Shown piece after piece: positions 1 through 13,508 of a stretch of DNA of 64,000 bases; position 1 is the stretch's first letter; each line of letters begins with the position of its first letter. Under the pieces are notes generated by a model, which did no database searches, was not told the origin of the DNA, and saw only the letters and a program-made list of their open reading frames with translations. Origin of the DNA: Chrysomallon squamiferum (taxonomy: Eukaryota; Animalia; Mollusca). The DNA lies in contig CM022677.1 of NCBI GenBank assembly GCA_012295275.1, forward strand, positions 2,418,001 through 2,482,000, given 5' to 3'. The position numbers were made by a program, and so were the translations under genes.

Positions 1-1127
1 TCTGTCAAATTTGCTTAATAAAAGTTAATATCATCAAATTTAAATGGACGTTTTATTTGATTAATCTGAAATTCATCAACATTTTGAGGTTTATTAAACT
101 ACTTTTATTAGGATATATTTGTTTCACAGGCATTATTAAAATTAGAAATAATTTTATTACCATCGAATTTATATAGGTTTCGTCGGAAATTATATATATA
201 TATATATTTTTATATATATTATTTATTAAAACATACTGATAATTAGACTTGTAGTGCAGATACTTAACTTTTTTTCTAAACTAAGAAAAAATGTAGCTAG
301 TCTGGAAGGATATTCATAGGTATTCAAAATATCGGCGGACTTCTCTTACAATTTACACGGTTGGTGTCACCGCTACTCTCTAACTGTGAATGTTCTGTGT
401 AACACAATGTAACGAAAATCCCGCGTAAACTACTTCATAAATAGTGCACACGTTTTTAAAATGTATTTTTATAACTCAGTGGTAAAATGAACAGTGTAAA
501 TAGCCTTACCCTTAAGTAAAACTGACAGCTTATTTTCACTTGTTCATAATTATGTAATGTTTATATATTTTATTCGTGAAAATAGCGATATCCTTAATTA
601 AAAATATCACCTTATTTTTACTTGTTTATAATTATGTGATGTTATATGATTGTAAACTGCGCTCGTTTTACAAAATAAACGTGATAACTGTATACATAAT
701 GGAATATCATTTAAGTTTTCTTCTGTTTTTCATAAATAATAATAATAATAATAATAATAAATTAAAAATTAAAATAAGCTGAAAGTAAGCTCTGTATTTC
801 CCAAATTACAGGTATTCTCTATAATGGATGTTTTTACTTGAAATTATCATTTTAATCTGTAGTGTAATATAATTTATGACATTAATGTTGCGCCTTCTCA
901 CGTTATCTGATTTTGGCAAATGGTGAGGATATAGAGAAATGTTCTAGCTATCCATCAAATCATCTCTGATTCCTTTCCCTGCATCCAGCATGTCCGTCAG
1001 TTTACAGCTAAATGTAATTCATCCTGGTCTCTGTATCTGTGTGTGTCTCTGTGTTTGATGAACATTAATCTTACCTTTCAGCACCTTCTTTTCAGTGAAC
1101 CATTTCCCCATCCACCCAGTAACGAGA

Positions 1128-1800
1128 CGTACACAAAGACGTTAAGAACAATGCTGGAACAACGCCAATGACGGCATCATTAATAGAATTAGTAATGATA
1201 TTTTTTAACGTGGGATGTGGACACTGATTGCAATAGTTAATAAACAGCAAAAAAAAAAAAAAAAAAAAAAGGTGAAGTACACCGAGAATTCTGAGAACAA
1301 CGCCGTTACGACGGTAGCGACGGCGACATTAATAGAAATATTAATGATGTATTTTAATAAAGGACGGGCACGGTCGGGAAATAAGAATAACAGCGAATAA
1401 AAAACTAAAAGGAATAATAAGCAGTACACCAACAACGTTATGAACAACGCCGGCACGACGGTAGCGACGGACACATAGTGATTCGCACGCTCAGAAAGTT
1501 TGAGGAATGATTAAAAAAAAGTGCTAAAGAATAATGAGGACTCTACGAAAGCTAGAAAGAAGGCGTTTACGACGGCAACGATGATGATATTAATAGAAAT
1601 GGTAATACTACATTTTAGAATAGGATTTGAACACGTATGAATAAGAATTAATACAAAGAAAAATAATAGTGAGAAGTACACCGAGAACGGTGAGAACAAC
1701 GCCGTTACGACGGTAGCGACGGCGACATTAATAGAAATATTAACAATATATTTTAGTACTGGAGGACACTGATTGCAATACTTAATAAAAGGCAAAATAA
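1128..1800 (+). repeat. Degenerate tandem array (~130-150 bp units) of a satellite-like family
   Basis: The motif GTACACCGAGAA..GAGAACAACGCCGTTACGACGGTAGCGACGGCGACATTAATAGAAATATTAA recurs (near-identical at ~1277 and ~1676, degenerate at ~1128, ~1423, ~1540). Reverse-complement relatives lie at ~35935-36100 and ~49040-51350. Confidence 0.75.
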
Positions 1801-1809
1801 TATTTTTTA

Positions 1810-3770
1810 TTTTTTCAGACGTATATCAAAGATTGGTAAATTCCTGGACAGTAATAAGCAACTTATTGTAGTGTGAGTTGTAAGCTTTGTGCATTAATAT
1901 AAATAATAAGAAGAAAGAAAAAGTAGGGAGAAAAAGTAGGGAGAAAAAAATAACAACACCGTTTATTTGAAGTTTACGGTCAACGATTGGCTAATAATAA
2001 GTTAAAAAATAAATAAATAAATAAATAAATAAATAAAAGAAGAACCACATCGATTTATAATTAGTACGTATATTTTAATAAATGTTGTTATGCTCCTTTA
2101 TTTTATTTTATTTTATTTGTTTTGAACATTATTTTTTTTTTTTTTTATTTATTTATTTATTTATTTATTTATTTTTTTTTTTAGTGTAGTAGTTGCGGAA
2201 AAATGCGGGATGATTGTCGGTCTTCACGGATTTACTTTTTTATTTGATGTTCGAAGAATCTTGTACATAATTGGGGTAATCGCATTATCATGCAACAAAA
2301 AAGTTGCTTAAAGTATTTAATTTTGTGAAGGAGACAGGTATTACTATTTATTATTATAATTGATAATGCGTTTGGATTGTTTTCGTTTTATTTAATAATA
2401 ATTTAAAAGTCATAGACACATGATGGCAGCCATATTATTTGAGAACAATATTTATTTATTTATTTATATTTTTCAAAAAACGGCACTCGATTAATAACAA
2501 CATTCACCAGTGGTTGTACTAATGTGAACAGCATAAACAACGTCATATAAATAAGAAATCATGTTTAGTCTTTACTTTTGTTTTACCAATCAGCCTATGA
2601 GGGACAAATTTTGAGTGGCCAGTAATTAAATTTGTTTTAAAATAAATTGACTTGTGTAGCCAAAGGAAACACCACACAACAACTCACAGAGAATTTTAAA
2701 TTTTATTATTATTATTATTACTATTATTATTATTATTATTTATTTTTTATTTTAAATAAACTAATAAAACTATAAAAAGTAAAGATGCTAATTTTGGTTG
2801 ACAGGTTGTTTTCTATCAGTTTATTTATGACACACACACACACACACACACAAATAATTTGTTATCCTCAGTGATAACTGTTCTTTGTTTCCCTTCTTTT
2901 CTCAATGTAAATTTTACTTTATTAATTTACATTTTGTTTTGTTGTACTTCCTTCTGTTTTATCTTCTTCTTATTATTATTATTACTAATTTTTATTATTT
3001 TATGTTTTATTTTTTATTATTATTATTTTTTTAATCTTTATTATTATTATTCATTTTATTTTTCACTATTAATGTTTGTTTATTTTTGATGTTTTCTAGG
3101 TAATATGGAGAAAATATTACAAATTTATTTTAAAAATGCATCTATGAAAAATCAGATCTGAGTGAAATATTTTATAAATTTTTCATTGACCAGAACCACT
3201 CTGTAGAGTGCAAGTGCTGCTGGAATATCTATAATATGATGGTTTACATTCAGCATAGACAGGAACACGAAGGAACCTGCAGATCATTTATTTGCTATTG
3301 TTTTGTTAATTAATTAAATTAATACCATTATCATCATTATCATTATAATGATTATACAAAGTATACCAAAAATATCCCACACCCCTTTGTGTCTGAATAA
3401 TCCAGTAACTGATAACAGCAAAATTTTAATTTTAATAATAACAGAAACATTAGCTATTTATTTATAACAGTTTATTATTTCTATTATGTTTTTTATTTTT
3501 ATTTTTTTCAGAATGCACATAATTGAATGCTGATATTTGCTAGTGAAGTTGTTTCAGTATTCAATAGAAGGTGCTGTCCAGCACTGAGGATAAAGTTTGT
3601 ACTGCTGCCACTGGAAAAGAGAAAAAAAACTGGACAGTGAATTTGTGTTTGTTTTCTTATGTATTTCTCATTATTCTAAACCTAATGAAGTTCAATTTAA
3701 TTTAACGTAGGAAGTTCCATTTTGTAACATACTTTAGAATCTTGTATTATACACTGCATTTTAGTATCAT

Positions 3771-3775
<5 letters not shown>
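1810..3775 (+). repeat. Multi-kb dispersed repeat, copy A
   Basis: Collinear blocks shared with 37690-42380, e.g. GGTAAATTCCTGGACA, AAAATGCGGGATGATT, ATGGCAGCCAT, GACAGGTTGTTTTCT and GAAGGTGCTGTCCAGCACTGAGGA; both copies end in a (CT)n tract. Partly shared with 59100-59600. Confidence 0.85.
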
Positions 3776-3860
<85 letters not shown>

Positions 3861-3878
3861 ACTTTTATACAAACCTGA

Positions 3879-4620
3879 TTATTTTATTGTAAATTTCTCA
3901 TCTGTGTCTTCCTCATCTTTCTTTGGTATCCCACTAAAGATTAAATTGTCACACATGAAGCGAGTTTGTAGATCATTTTTTCTTAAGTTTCCAAACTCAG
4001 TTTTTAATTCACATATATATTGTTTCATACTGTTATTATTATCTCTCATTTCATGGGTAGAACTGTTCATATCTGACACAATTGATTTCAAATCTCCAAG
4101 ATCTTTTTATTGCTTTCAAACTGTGATTGTAATTCATACTTTTTTCTTAATATCAATCATTTTGTCACTGATATCTTGTATTTAATTCCATACTATTCAG
4201 TTTTTTTTTTATTGCTTTCAAACTGTTAGTGAATGTAATTCATATCTTGTATTTTTTCTAAATATCAATCATTTCACCACTGATACATCAATTTAATAAT
4301 GGTTTAAGCACCAACAAACCTTATAATAACTTTCTAATCAGGGTATCTAATTATATACTGACATCTTGAATAGCACAAACTGGTGAAATTATCCCAGAAT
4401 ACTGACCCTGGTATTGTCCATACTGTGACTGCTGACACTGTTGAATTGGTGTTGACTGATAAAATGGTGCAGATGAACATCTTGTTATTCTGTGTATTTG
4501 ACATCCTTGTAATAGCAACTTCTTGATCAGCTTGGCTGCTGCTTACCCTTATTTTTTGTTCACTTTCTCCACTAACAGTTTTACTCTTATTTTTTCTCTT
4601 TTTACCTTTTATATTTTATG
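3879..4620 (-). mobile_element. Decayed LINE ORF1-like (L1-type coiled-coil/RRM) relic
   Basis: Minus-strand ORF ...ELKTEFGNLRKNDLQTRFMCDNLIFSGIPKKDEEDT matches the 'DLQxRSMRxNLIFxGIPE' signature of LINE ORF1 proteins. Upstream sequence is broken by stops and frameshifts, and no ORF2 is present. Confidence 0.6.
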
Positions 4621-4863
4621 TTGCATACTCGTGTATATTTAGCAATAATTTATATTGATAAAAACAGATAAAATACCTTTAATACTAATAAACATTATAT
4701 ATTTTCACAGAGAGATGAGAGACATGACTTTCATTTCCATGCATGTGTTAGTGGGAAGTAATGGTTACTCGTGTTGGGAACATTAAACAACCACACAAAA
4801 AAGATCAAACAGAACTTGAAGAGACCAAGTAAGTTAACACTGTCTTTTCTTTTTCCTTTCACA

Positions 4864-6518
4864 TGTGTCACCTCTTTAACTGACAAAGATGATAATGATA
4901 TTTGTATAAAAATTAAGGTTAAAAAATAATTAGAATGAACAATTTTTGTTGTTACTGATGCTACTTAATTATTGTGTTGGGGTTTTTAATTGTATTTCAA
5001 CACTAAAGAAGACAAATTATAAGGTGAAAGTTTAATTATTTGTTGTTTTTAGATTGTAGTAGCTTGTGTGTGTGTGTGTTGTTGTTGTTGTTTTTTTTTT
5101 TTTTTTTTTTTTAATTAAAAATATAATCTACATAACTACTGTTTTATTTATTTTTATTAATTAAGAATGAGTTTAATGTTTTTGGTCCAGGATCTAAAAT
5201 ATCCATGTCTATGTGTGGATTGAATGCATATACCTATAAAGGTATGTTTTATTCATTCACTTTTGAGTTTTATAGCTCATTTGATTAAGGATGGATTAGA
5301 TTAAAAGTAGCAAAATGTATTTTTATGCAGAGAATAGTATTGAAAATTTTATATAAATTTTTCATAAATAATGTTTACTTTAGATAGTATAGAATTAATT
5401 TAATAATGGCATAAAATACTTTTTTATGGTTTGAATTAATTATATCATCTCATTTTAAAATCATAGCAGTTAATTAATTCATTAGAAATCTCTTGATCTT
5501 TTCAGATTAAAAGATTATTATTCTGGATAAGTTTATTGTTGTAGCCAGACTGTAAACTTTTATTTTTAATCAAATCTAAAATTAGAATCAGTTCTATTCT
5601 GTCCTCCAAAAAATCAGTTGTCCTTTAATGTGGGATTTTTTACAATGAATTATGATTAGCAAGTCTGGTTATACCTTGGTCAATATCTCATTTTCAAGGT
5701 TGTATTAAATGTATTTCTGTCTGTTTGTTTTGGTTAGAGTAATCTGACTGTGTGTAATAATGTCTGCACTGTGTGTACTGAATCCCACTATACAGGTTTG
5801 AGCAAACACCTGATTAAAACATGTATAATTACATGTAACATGACATGATATCTTCAGTCCTAGTTTTCAGTTATGTCTATAGAAATCATGTAGAGTTTTT
5901 GCATATATATGCATTTTATTTATGATGACTTTTTATATTATGCTTAGGATTTCTTATTTCAGTCACTGCAGACATTAGTTAAATTAGTTCAGGAAACACG
6001 TTTTGAGATCAGCAGTTCACGTTGCATCCATCATTTTCCTTATCTAGCAAAATATCAGCAATATCCAGATTTGTTTTCCCATTAGGACAGCTGTCTCAAC
6101 TGTGTATTTTTTGTTTCAGTTGCGCCAACTTTCAGATGAAGAAATCAAAGTAAGTAAATTTTTATTCTGCATTTATTGAGAATTTTACTTAAAGATGGGA
6201 TTTATTTGTGATTTTAGATTAATGATACTTGATTTATGTCTTGAGATCTTTCAATGTGATAAACAATACTTATGTGAAAAAAGATTATTTATTCAGTTAG
6301 AGTAGGTTCTTTGTTTTGGACAGGGTGTATGCTTTTAATTTTTATTAAATGCAGTAATAATTATTCTTTTTCCACATTTAGGTTTAACTTATTATACTAG
6401 ACAATCTTCACTGAGTTTAGTCTGAAAATAAAATAACAAGCTTAAGAAAACAGATAGAGGCCTGATATTTTCCTATTTCAAAAAGTCATCTTTTAGATAG
6501 ACATGCTAAAAATCAAAC

Positions 6519-6574
<56 letters not shown>

Positions 6575-6907
6575 ATATATGTTACGCTATTTCCTCAGTC
6601 TATCAGGAATTTTATGTTTCCTATTGACAAAATGATGTCAGAACTAATAAAATGTATGCTTATTATTTTATAAACATACATTATTATTTTCAGTGTAATG
6701 GCACTTGAATGTTTTTACATTAGCTTTTGATTTTTGGTATCTTAAACAGACTTTTCTTGTGTCACCTCTTTAACTGACAAAGATGATAATGATATTTATA
6801 TAGAAATTGAAGTGAATTGAAAGATCTTAAGAATTTATTCATATCTTTGTTGTCACTGATGTACTTAATTAAGGATGGCATTGTGTTTGGGATTTTTTGT
6901 TGTTGTT

Positions 6908-6949
<42 letters not shown>

Positions 6950-7524
6950 CAAAATAATTATTTAATTTCAGGAAACAGTTAATGTCAGTGGAAAAGCCTT
7001 TTGGCAGCAATTTTACAGAAATAGGTAATGTTATTAGCAATTCTTTTATCAACAATCTATGAATTTTTCAAATTTAATAACTGACAATTAATTATTAAAT
7101 ATGATTGGAAAGTAAAATGCAATTTTGTATTAGTTACTTAACTTTAAAGAAGACAATTTAAAAGGTGAAAGTTGCAGTATTTTTTTTTTTTTTTGTTGTA
7201 GTAGTTTGTGGAGTTTTTTGTTTTGTTTTTTAATTAAAAATATAATATGTACAACTGTCTATTTTGATTTTTTTGGTCCAGGTTCTGAAAGATCCATGAC
7301 TATGTGTGGATTGAATGCTGCTCTAAAGGTATGTTTTATTCATTCACTTTTGTGTTTTTTAGCTCATTTCATTAAGAATGAATTTAATCAAAAGTAGCAA
7401 TGCCAACAATTTATTTTAATGTACAGAATAGTATTGATAATTTTATATAAATGTTTCATAAAGGATCTTGATATTTTAAATGTTATTTAGTTTAGATAGT
7501 AGTCGAATCAATGTAATAATGGCA
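4864..7524 (+). repeat. Local direct duplication (4864-5411 and 6758-7524) containing an exon-like unit
   Basis: Both copies share TGTGTCACCTCTTTAACTGACAAAGATGATAATGATATTT and TCCAG|G...TATGTGTGGATTGAATGC...AAAG|GTATGTTTTATTCATTCACTTTTG. Confidence 0.85.
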
Positions 7525-8338
7525 CAACAAACCTTGTAATAATTTGCATGCCAGCCTAATAGAGTAGTGAACAGAACAGTTGTATAAATTTGTAATTTGC
7601 TTTTATTAATATGAACTACTTTTAAAACTTTATGTGGTAGGGCTAAAGATATTTACAATATTTTGAAATTTGGTATACGGATGTAATTTTGGTGGATTTG
7701 AAAGGTTGTACAGATGCATAAATTGGCTTGAAAGATTTAGCTTCTTTTCTTACTTTATCTCATGCATGTGTAATGTTGTCTTTGTTTTAAATACATTTTA
7801 AAATATACCTAAATGATTCATTAGTGTAACTATTGGCTGACTAAATGTGGTTATTTATAAGACAAAATATATTTCATTAGCAGCAAGAAGTAAATATTAA
7901 TTAAATATTTTAATTAATCAAATAAGTTGTTGTTTATGATGTAACCTATCACGATTGTTAATGGTTAATTAAAGATTGTCAGAATAATCTCAAATGTATT
8001 TTCATCATGTCAGTATCTCCGAATTTCAAGTAGAATCAGTATTAGAAGATCAGAGTTGACCATGTTACAGAATTATTCAAATATATTAAAAATATTTTTC
8101 ATAATCTCTTTTATTGATTTATTGCTATTTTAGTCCTTTCATATCAAAGTTAAAAAATAATATTAAACTGATTCAAATTAAGAATATAAAAACATTTAAT
8201 AAAATATTTTTTATTATTAAAATTGTATGGAAAAAACAAAAATGTGGACTACAAGTCTTCTTGCTAAGACAGTGAAATGCAGTTAGAGCTGACAAAAAAA
8301 ATTCTACTTGCAATAGACCTCAGTTCGTTAAAGCGATC

Positions 8339-8377
8339 GTCTACGGCCACACCACGTTGAAAACACCGGTTCTCGTC
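8339..8377 (+). rRNA. 5S rRNA: 5S rRNA gene 5' fragment (nt 1-39), interrupted
   Basis: GTCTACGGCCACACCACGTTGAAAACACCGGTTCTCGTC matches the 5' end of invertebrate (mollusc-type) 5S rRNA. The expected continuation CGATCACCGAAG is replaced by the retrotransposon 5' UTR. Confidence 0.9.
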
Positions 8378-8457
8378 TTTGGTTAGGGTGGCGTCGGGTG
8401 TGGACGCGTTTCACATCGCCTCTCACTTAGGAAAGGTTTTGTTGTAAACTAAGTGTT

Positions 8458-9590
8458 ATGTCTTGGGCGGAAGAATCTGAAAATTACGAAGAAAAGATCA
8501 AAGGTATGAATTTAAAAAAAGAAGTAATGAGAAAAAATGTTTTTAAAAAAGAATGCACCGTGATTGTAAATGTAGAAGATAACAAGAAAATTTCAGCAGG
8601 CGACATGATAGATTTTGTAAGTGGCCAGGTGGGTGATGTGATAAAAGCGTGCGTACCGGAAGAATCCGACTCTTATGAAATAACACTAGAAGATATTATA
8701 CAAGCGAGAATGATTACGGAAACTGATGAAATATAATTGAAAGGTCTAAAAATAAAGGCGAGAATTTTGAAATCTGAAACTGTAGTAGTTTCCTTTTTGC
8801 ACTTGCCTGCCTACAAGAAATTGAAGAAAAATTGAAAGAAATGAAAATAGAAATTCCATCACCAATTTATAGAAGACTATACAAAGGGACAAAAACTGCA
8901 GATGGAACAAGATATGTGAGAGTGAAATTTCCACCCAGAATAAAAAGTTTACCATACTCAATGATATTTCGGACTTACGAAGGAATAAAATATTTTCGAG
9001 TTTTACATGACAATCAAATAAAAGTCTGTTACAACTGTATGGCGTATAATCATTTGTTGAAAGACTGTCCAAATATAAGGTGTCATAACTGTAAACAAAA
9101 AGGACATTTTGCTAGAAACTGCCCGAACATATTTCTGTGTGAAAAGTGTGGAAACAAAGAGGATGAATGTGAGTGTTGGACAGAGTATGACAGCGACGAA
9201 CAAAAAAACAGCGACAGTGACAGTGATGGTATGGAATATAATGTAAAATCAAAGGAGAAAAAAGAAAGAGAAGCAAAAAGTATCCAGAGGATAAATACAA
9301 CAGAAATTAAAACCAAAAAGGAAAAACGAAACTCAGAAAATAGAGAAAAATCAGAAAAAACCCTGATGAAAACAAAACAGTGAAAAATACTAACAAGGAA
9401 GCTGAAACCATCGAAGCAGAAAAAAACAACTAACGAACGAGATTGATCAAGCGTCCATCAGAAGAAAAACTGTGGAGCTTGGTAGAAAACAGAAAACAAA
9501 AACACAGACAAGCAGCGCGCATGAAAAGTGTGAGAGAAAGTGTTGCCAGGGCGATGAACGAGTATGGTGGGGGGAATATAGACAAGATAT
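8458..9590 (+). pseudogene. Tx1 ORF1 (gag-like nucleic-acid-binding protein), frameshifted
   Basis: MSWAEE start; RRLYKGTKTADGTRYVRVKFPP...SLPYS; zinc knuckles CYNCMAYNHLLKDC and CHNCKQKGHFARNC plus CEKC..ECEC; acidic and Lys-rich tail. Split over ORFs 8458-8736 and 8832-9383. Confidence 0.88.
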
Positions 9591-9604
9591 AGAATATTTT
9601 AAAA

Positions 9605-12600
9605 ATGGGTAATAGTTTTCTAATTTTTCTAATTCTAATTATGATCTTGTCTATAAATGTAAACGGAGTGAGAGATATTGAGAAATTAAATTCAGTTTTT
9701 GCAACATTTAAAAGTAAACATGTAAATATTATTTTTCTACAGGAAAAATTTTGGGATAATGACTTCATTGAAAGATATAAACATTTATGGGAAGGAAAAT
9801 GTTTTTATAATAATTGTCCAAATAAAAAAAGAAGGGGTGTAGCAATACTAGTACCAAAAGAATGTCCTTGTAAGTTTACATTTAATAGTTGCGAAACTGA
9901 AGGCATGATTTTAAAAATTAATACGAAAATAGATGAAGAAGAATACAGTTTTATAAATGTATATGCACCAAATAATATTGAAGAAAGAATTTTATTTTTT
10001 TAAAAATTATGTAAATTTGTGGATTTAAAAAATACAATAATGGAAGGAGATTTTAATGAAATTTTAGATCCTAATTTTGATTTGGGCATTAATAATAAAA
10101 CTTTCAATATGAAAAGTATTAATGAATTACAGTCAGTTATTTTTAATTATAATTTAGTTGATATTTGGCGACACAGAAATCCAGATAAAAGGCAATTTAC
10201 TAGATCTCAAATAGTTGAAAAAACTATAAAACATTCAAGAATTGATTTATTCGTAATTTCTAGAAATTTATTACAGTTTATAAGTAATGTATACATATCC
10301 TATACCTCGGTTAGTGATCACAGTTTGTTATCACTTAAAATAGATTTTTCTCATGTAGAGAGAGGTCAAGGTATTTGGATCTTTAATAATGAATTGTTGA
10401 AAGATGAAAGGTTTTGTAAAGCTATTATTGAAGTTATTAATAATGCTTCTGAGTGTCCTTTGTTACAGACTGAACCTAGTGTTTGGTGGGACAACTTAAA
10501 ATATAAAATGAAAACATGTGCAAGAAATTTTGCAATAAAAAAGAGAAAATCAGATAACGAAAAATATTGTAATATACAAAATGCTTTGAAACGAGAATAT
10601 GCTAAACTAATGTAAATAATCAACATGATTTGAGTAACATACAAATTTTAGAAGAAAAATTAAAATTAATTGGGAGAATTAAATGTAATGTGCTATTTTA
10701 AGATCTAAAGCTCATTGGAATCTAGATATGGATAGAAATACGTTTTTTCTCAGTTTAGAAAAATCAAAACAAGAATCAAATTCTATTAAAGAGCTAAAAA
10801 CAGTAAATGGATTAACAAGAAAAACGGAAGATATATTACAATATGCTTATGACTTTTATTCAAAATTATTTACACAAGAAAATGTTGGTATTATTAAACA
10901 GGAAGAAATAATAAATTTAATATCAAATAAACTAAAGGAATCTGAAAGTGAAAACTGAGAAAGACATTACAACTGAAGAATTAACTGAAGCTTTAAAAGA
11001 AATGAATAGAAATAAATCACCTGGTTTGGATGGTCTAACAGTAGAATTTTATGTTAAATTCTGGGAAAATTTTAAAAATTTCTTTCATAAAGTAGTTATG
11101 TCAATTCAGAAAGAAGAAATGTTGTCACGTAGTATGAAAAAAGGAGTAATTAGTTTATTTTACAAGAAAAAATGAGATAAAGCAGACATAAAAAATTTCA
11201 GACCTATCAGCCTTTTAAATGTAGATTATAAAATTATTGCTAAAGTTCTTGCAGATCGTCTTAAACAAGTAATGTCAACTATTAATTCATCAGAACAAAG
11301 CTGTTGTGTAAAAGAAAGAGATGTTGCTGACAATATTATGTCAGTAAGAGATATTATAGATATTGTCGAGTTAAATAATACAGAAGGGTATAAAGTTAAA
11401 ATAGATCAAGAGAAAACTTTTGACACAGTATCATATAGTTTTATTTTAAAAGTTTAAAAAAAATTCAATTTTGGTGATAATTTTATAAAGTGGATTAAAA
11501 TACTATATAATAATATAAAAAATTGTGTAAAAATTAATGGACATTTAACACCTTTTTTCAATATTACAAGAGGGGTTAGACAAGGATGTCCAATATCAAT
11601 GATGCTTTATGTTATTGTAGCTGGACCCTTAAATAAATTAATTTAAAAAAAGACACACCATGAATGGAATTAGAATAACAAATGAACTTAATTCTTTATT
11701 ATTTCAGCATGTAGATGATACTACAGTAACTGTCTGCGATGCTCAGTCAGTAGAATCTGTTTTAATGCAATAAATATGTATTGTAGTGCTACAGGGGCAA
11801 AAGTCAATGTAGATAAGTCAGAAGTACTTTATCTTGGTAAAACCATGATTGAAAACTTATCTTTTAACATTCCAATATCAATAAATAAAAACTATGTTAA
11901 AATTCTAGGTATATATTTAGGACCAAATAAACTATTATGTGAAAGATTGAACTGGAAATATAAATTAGCTAAAATGTCTAATTTAATTAACTTATGGAGT
12001 CAAAGGAAACTTACTTTACACGGAAAAGCTGAAGTATGGAATACTTTATTAACATCTAGACTGTGGTATATGATTAGTGCAATAAATGTACCAAATTGGG
12101 TAGAAAATGAAATTCATAAGTTATTTTGTAAATTTATGTGGGAAGGAAAAACGCCTTTAATAAAATATTCAACAATAATTGGAAATAAAATGTCGGGTGG
12201 ACTAAATATTCAAGATATTTCATTAAAGAAAATGGCTTTTCGTATAAAAATGTTAAAGAAATATTTTGATAATGATTTTAAAAATGTGTGGAAATATATA
12301 ATGTCAATATTTCTTGAAAAATATATGAATATGAATCTAAATTATGACATTTTTAAAATAGTATACAGTAAAGAAGCTTTAAAAGTTATCAATCCTTTTT
12401 ATGCTGAAATGTTATCAGCTTGGGACTGTGTTAATAATGGAGAACGTAATTTCCCACTTGATACAGACGAAATATTGTCTCAGCCACTTTTTCAAAATCC
12501 ATTCATTAAATATAAAAACAAATTATTATTATTTAGTTATTTTATAAAAAGTGGAATAGTCAAAGTGGCTGATATTGCATATGAAGTAATATCAGGTTTT

Positions 12601-13471
12601 CTTCCTTTTACAGCTATTGTAGAAATTATTCATGAAAAATCTCCAGAATTATCCAAAAACCAAATATATATAGCTTACAATGTCATTAAGAAATCACTTC
12701 CAGATGAATGGAAAAGTTCTATTAACAGAAATACTAAAACATTAACATCTAATAAAGATTTATTTTTGTTTCAGAATAATGAAATGATAAATGTCAGTAA
12801 ATTTACAGTTAAAATAATTTATTCTATTTTAATTTAAAAAAACTTTAAAGCACCAACTTGTGAGGAAAAATGGAATGAGCTTGGTTTTAATATATTCTAG
12901 AGACCAGTTTGGAAATGGATACTCTATAGTGATAAATTTACTGAATTTATAGACTTAGATTTTAGAACAGTTCATCATATAATATATACATATAGTAAAT
13001 TATATAAATATGGCAAAATCTCATCTAGTGTATGTCCAGTGTGTTTGAAGGATGATGAAGATTTATTTTTGTATTGTGAAGAATTGAAGGAATTAATATC
13101 AATCTTTCATGAAATATGTATTTATATATTTATGAAAACAGGTTTTTCTCTAGAACAATTGAAAAGATTATTAATATTTGGATGTTATCTCAAAATTGAA
13201 AATAGTACAATAGAATTTATTAATATTATTCTTTCAATTTATAGAATATCAGTGTTCAAAAGGCGTGTAATAGCTCAAATGAAAGGAACAAATATCAATA
13301 TAATACATTTTTTAGAAATTATATGTATCAGTGCTTTAAAATCATTCTAAATCAATATCGTATTCAAAACAAACTTAAATTTTTATTAACAAATATGTTA
13401 AGAACAATATTTTCCTAGAACTAAAAGATCACATACTTATTTTCATATATCCTTTGGAAAGCTACAAATAA
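9605..13471 (+). pseudogene. Tx1 ORF2 (APE endonuclease + reverse transcriptase), disrupted
   Basis: APE motifs SINVNG, FLQE, GVAIL, NVYAPN, GDFN, SRIDLF, SDH. RT motifs KSPGLDGL, FRPISLLNVDYKIIAKVLA, IDQEKTFD, RGVRQGCPISM, QHVDDT, KILGIYLG. Also GGLNI and a C-terminal CPVC...C. Confidence 0.93.
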
Positions 13472-13508
13472 TCAATATAGATATATCATTGAAATGGATA
13501 AACGAATT

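Larger units (their letters stand above)
8378..13508 (+). mobile_element. Tx1/L1-clade non-LTR retrotransposon, near full-length, inactivated; 3' end runs into the gap
   Basis: An 80-nt 5' UTR, an ORF1 with CCHC knuckles, and an ORF2 with APE endonuclease, RT and a C-terminal Cys motif. Multiple stops and frameshifts. Confidence 0.93.

Noticed and set aside
890-1120. Possible minus-strand exons (GWMGKWFTEKKVLK followed by a GTAAGA donor)
   Set aside because: Short, contains stops nearby, no recognisable family, and no credible acceptor.
6694-6730. AG followed by MALECFYI, resembling the EGFR 'WMALES/WLALEC' kinase motif
   Set aside because: Similarity does not extend on either side (no PIKW or HxSDVWS) and it lies across a gap from the other exons; likely chance.
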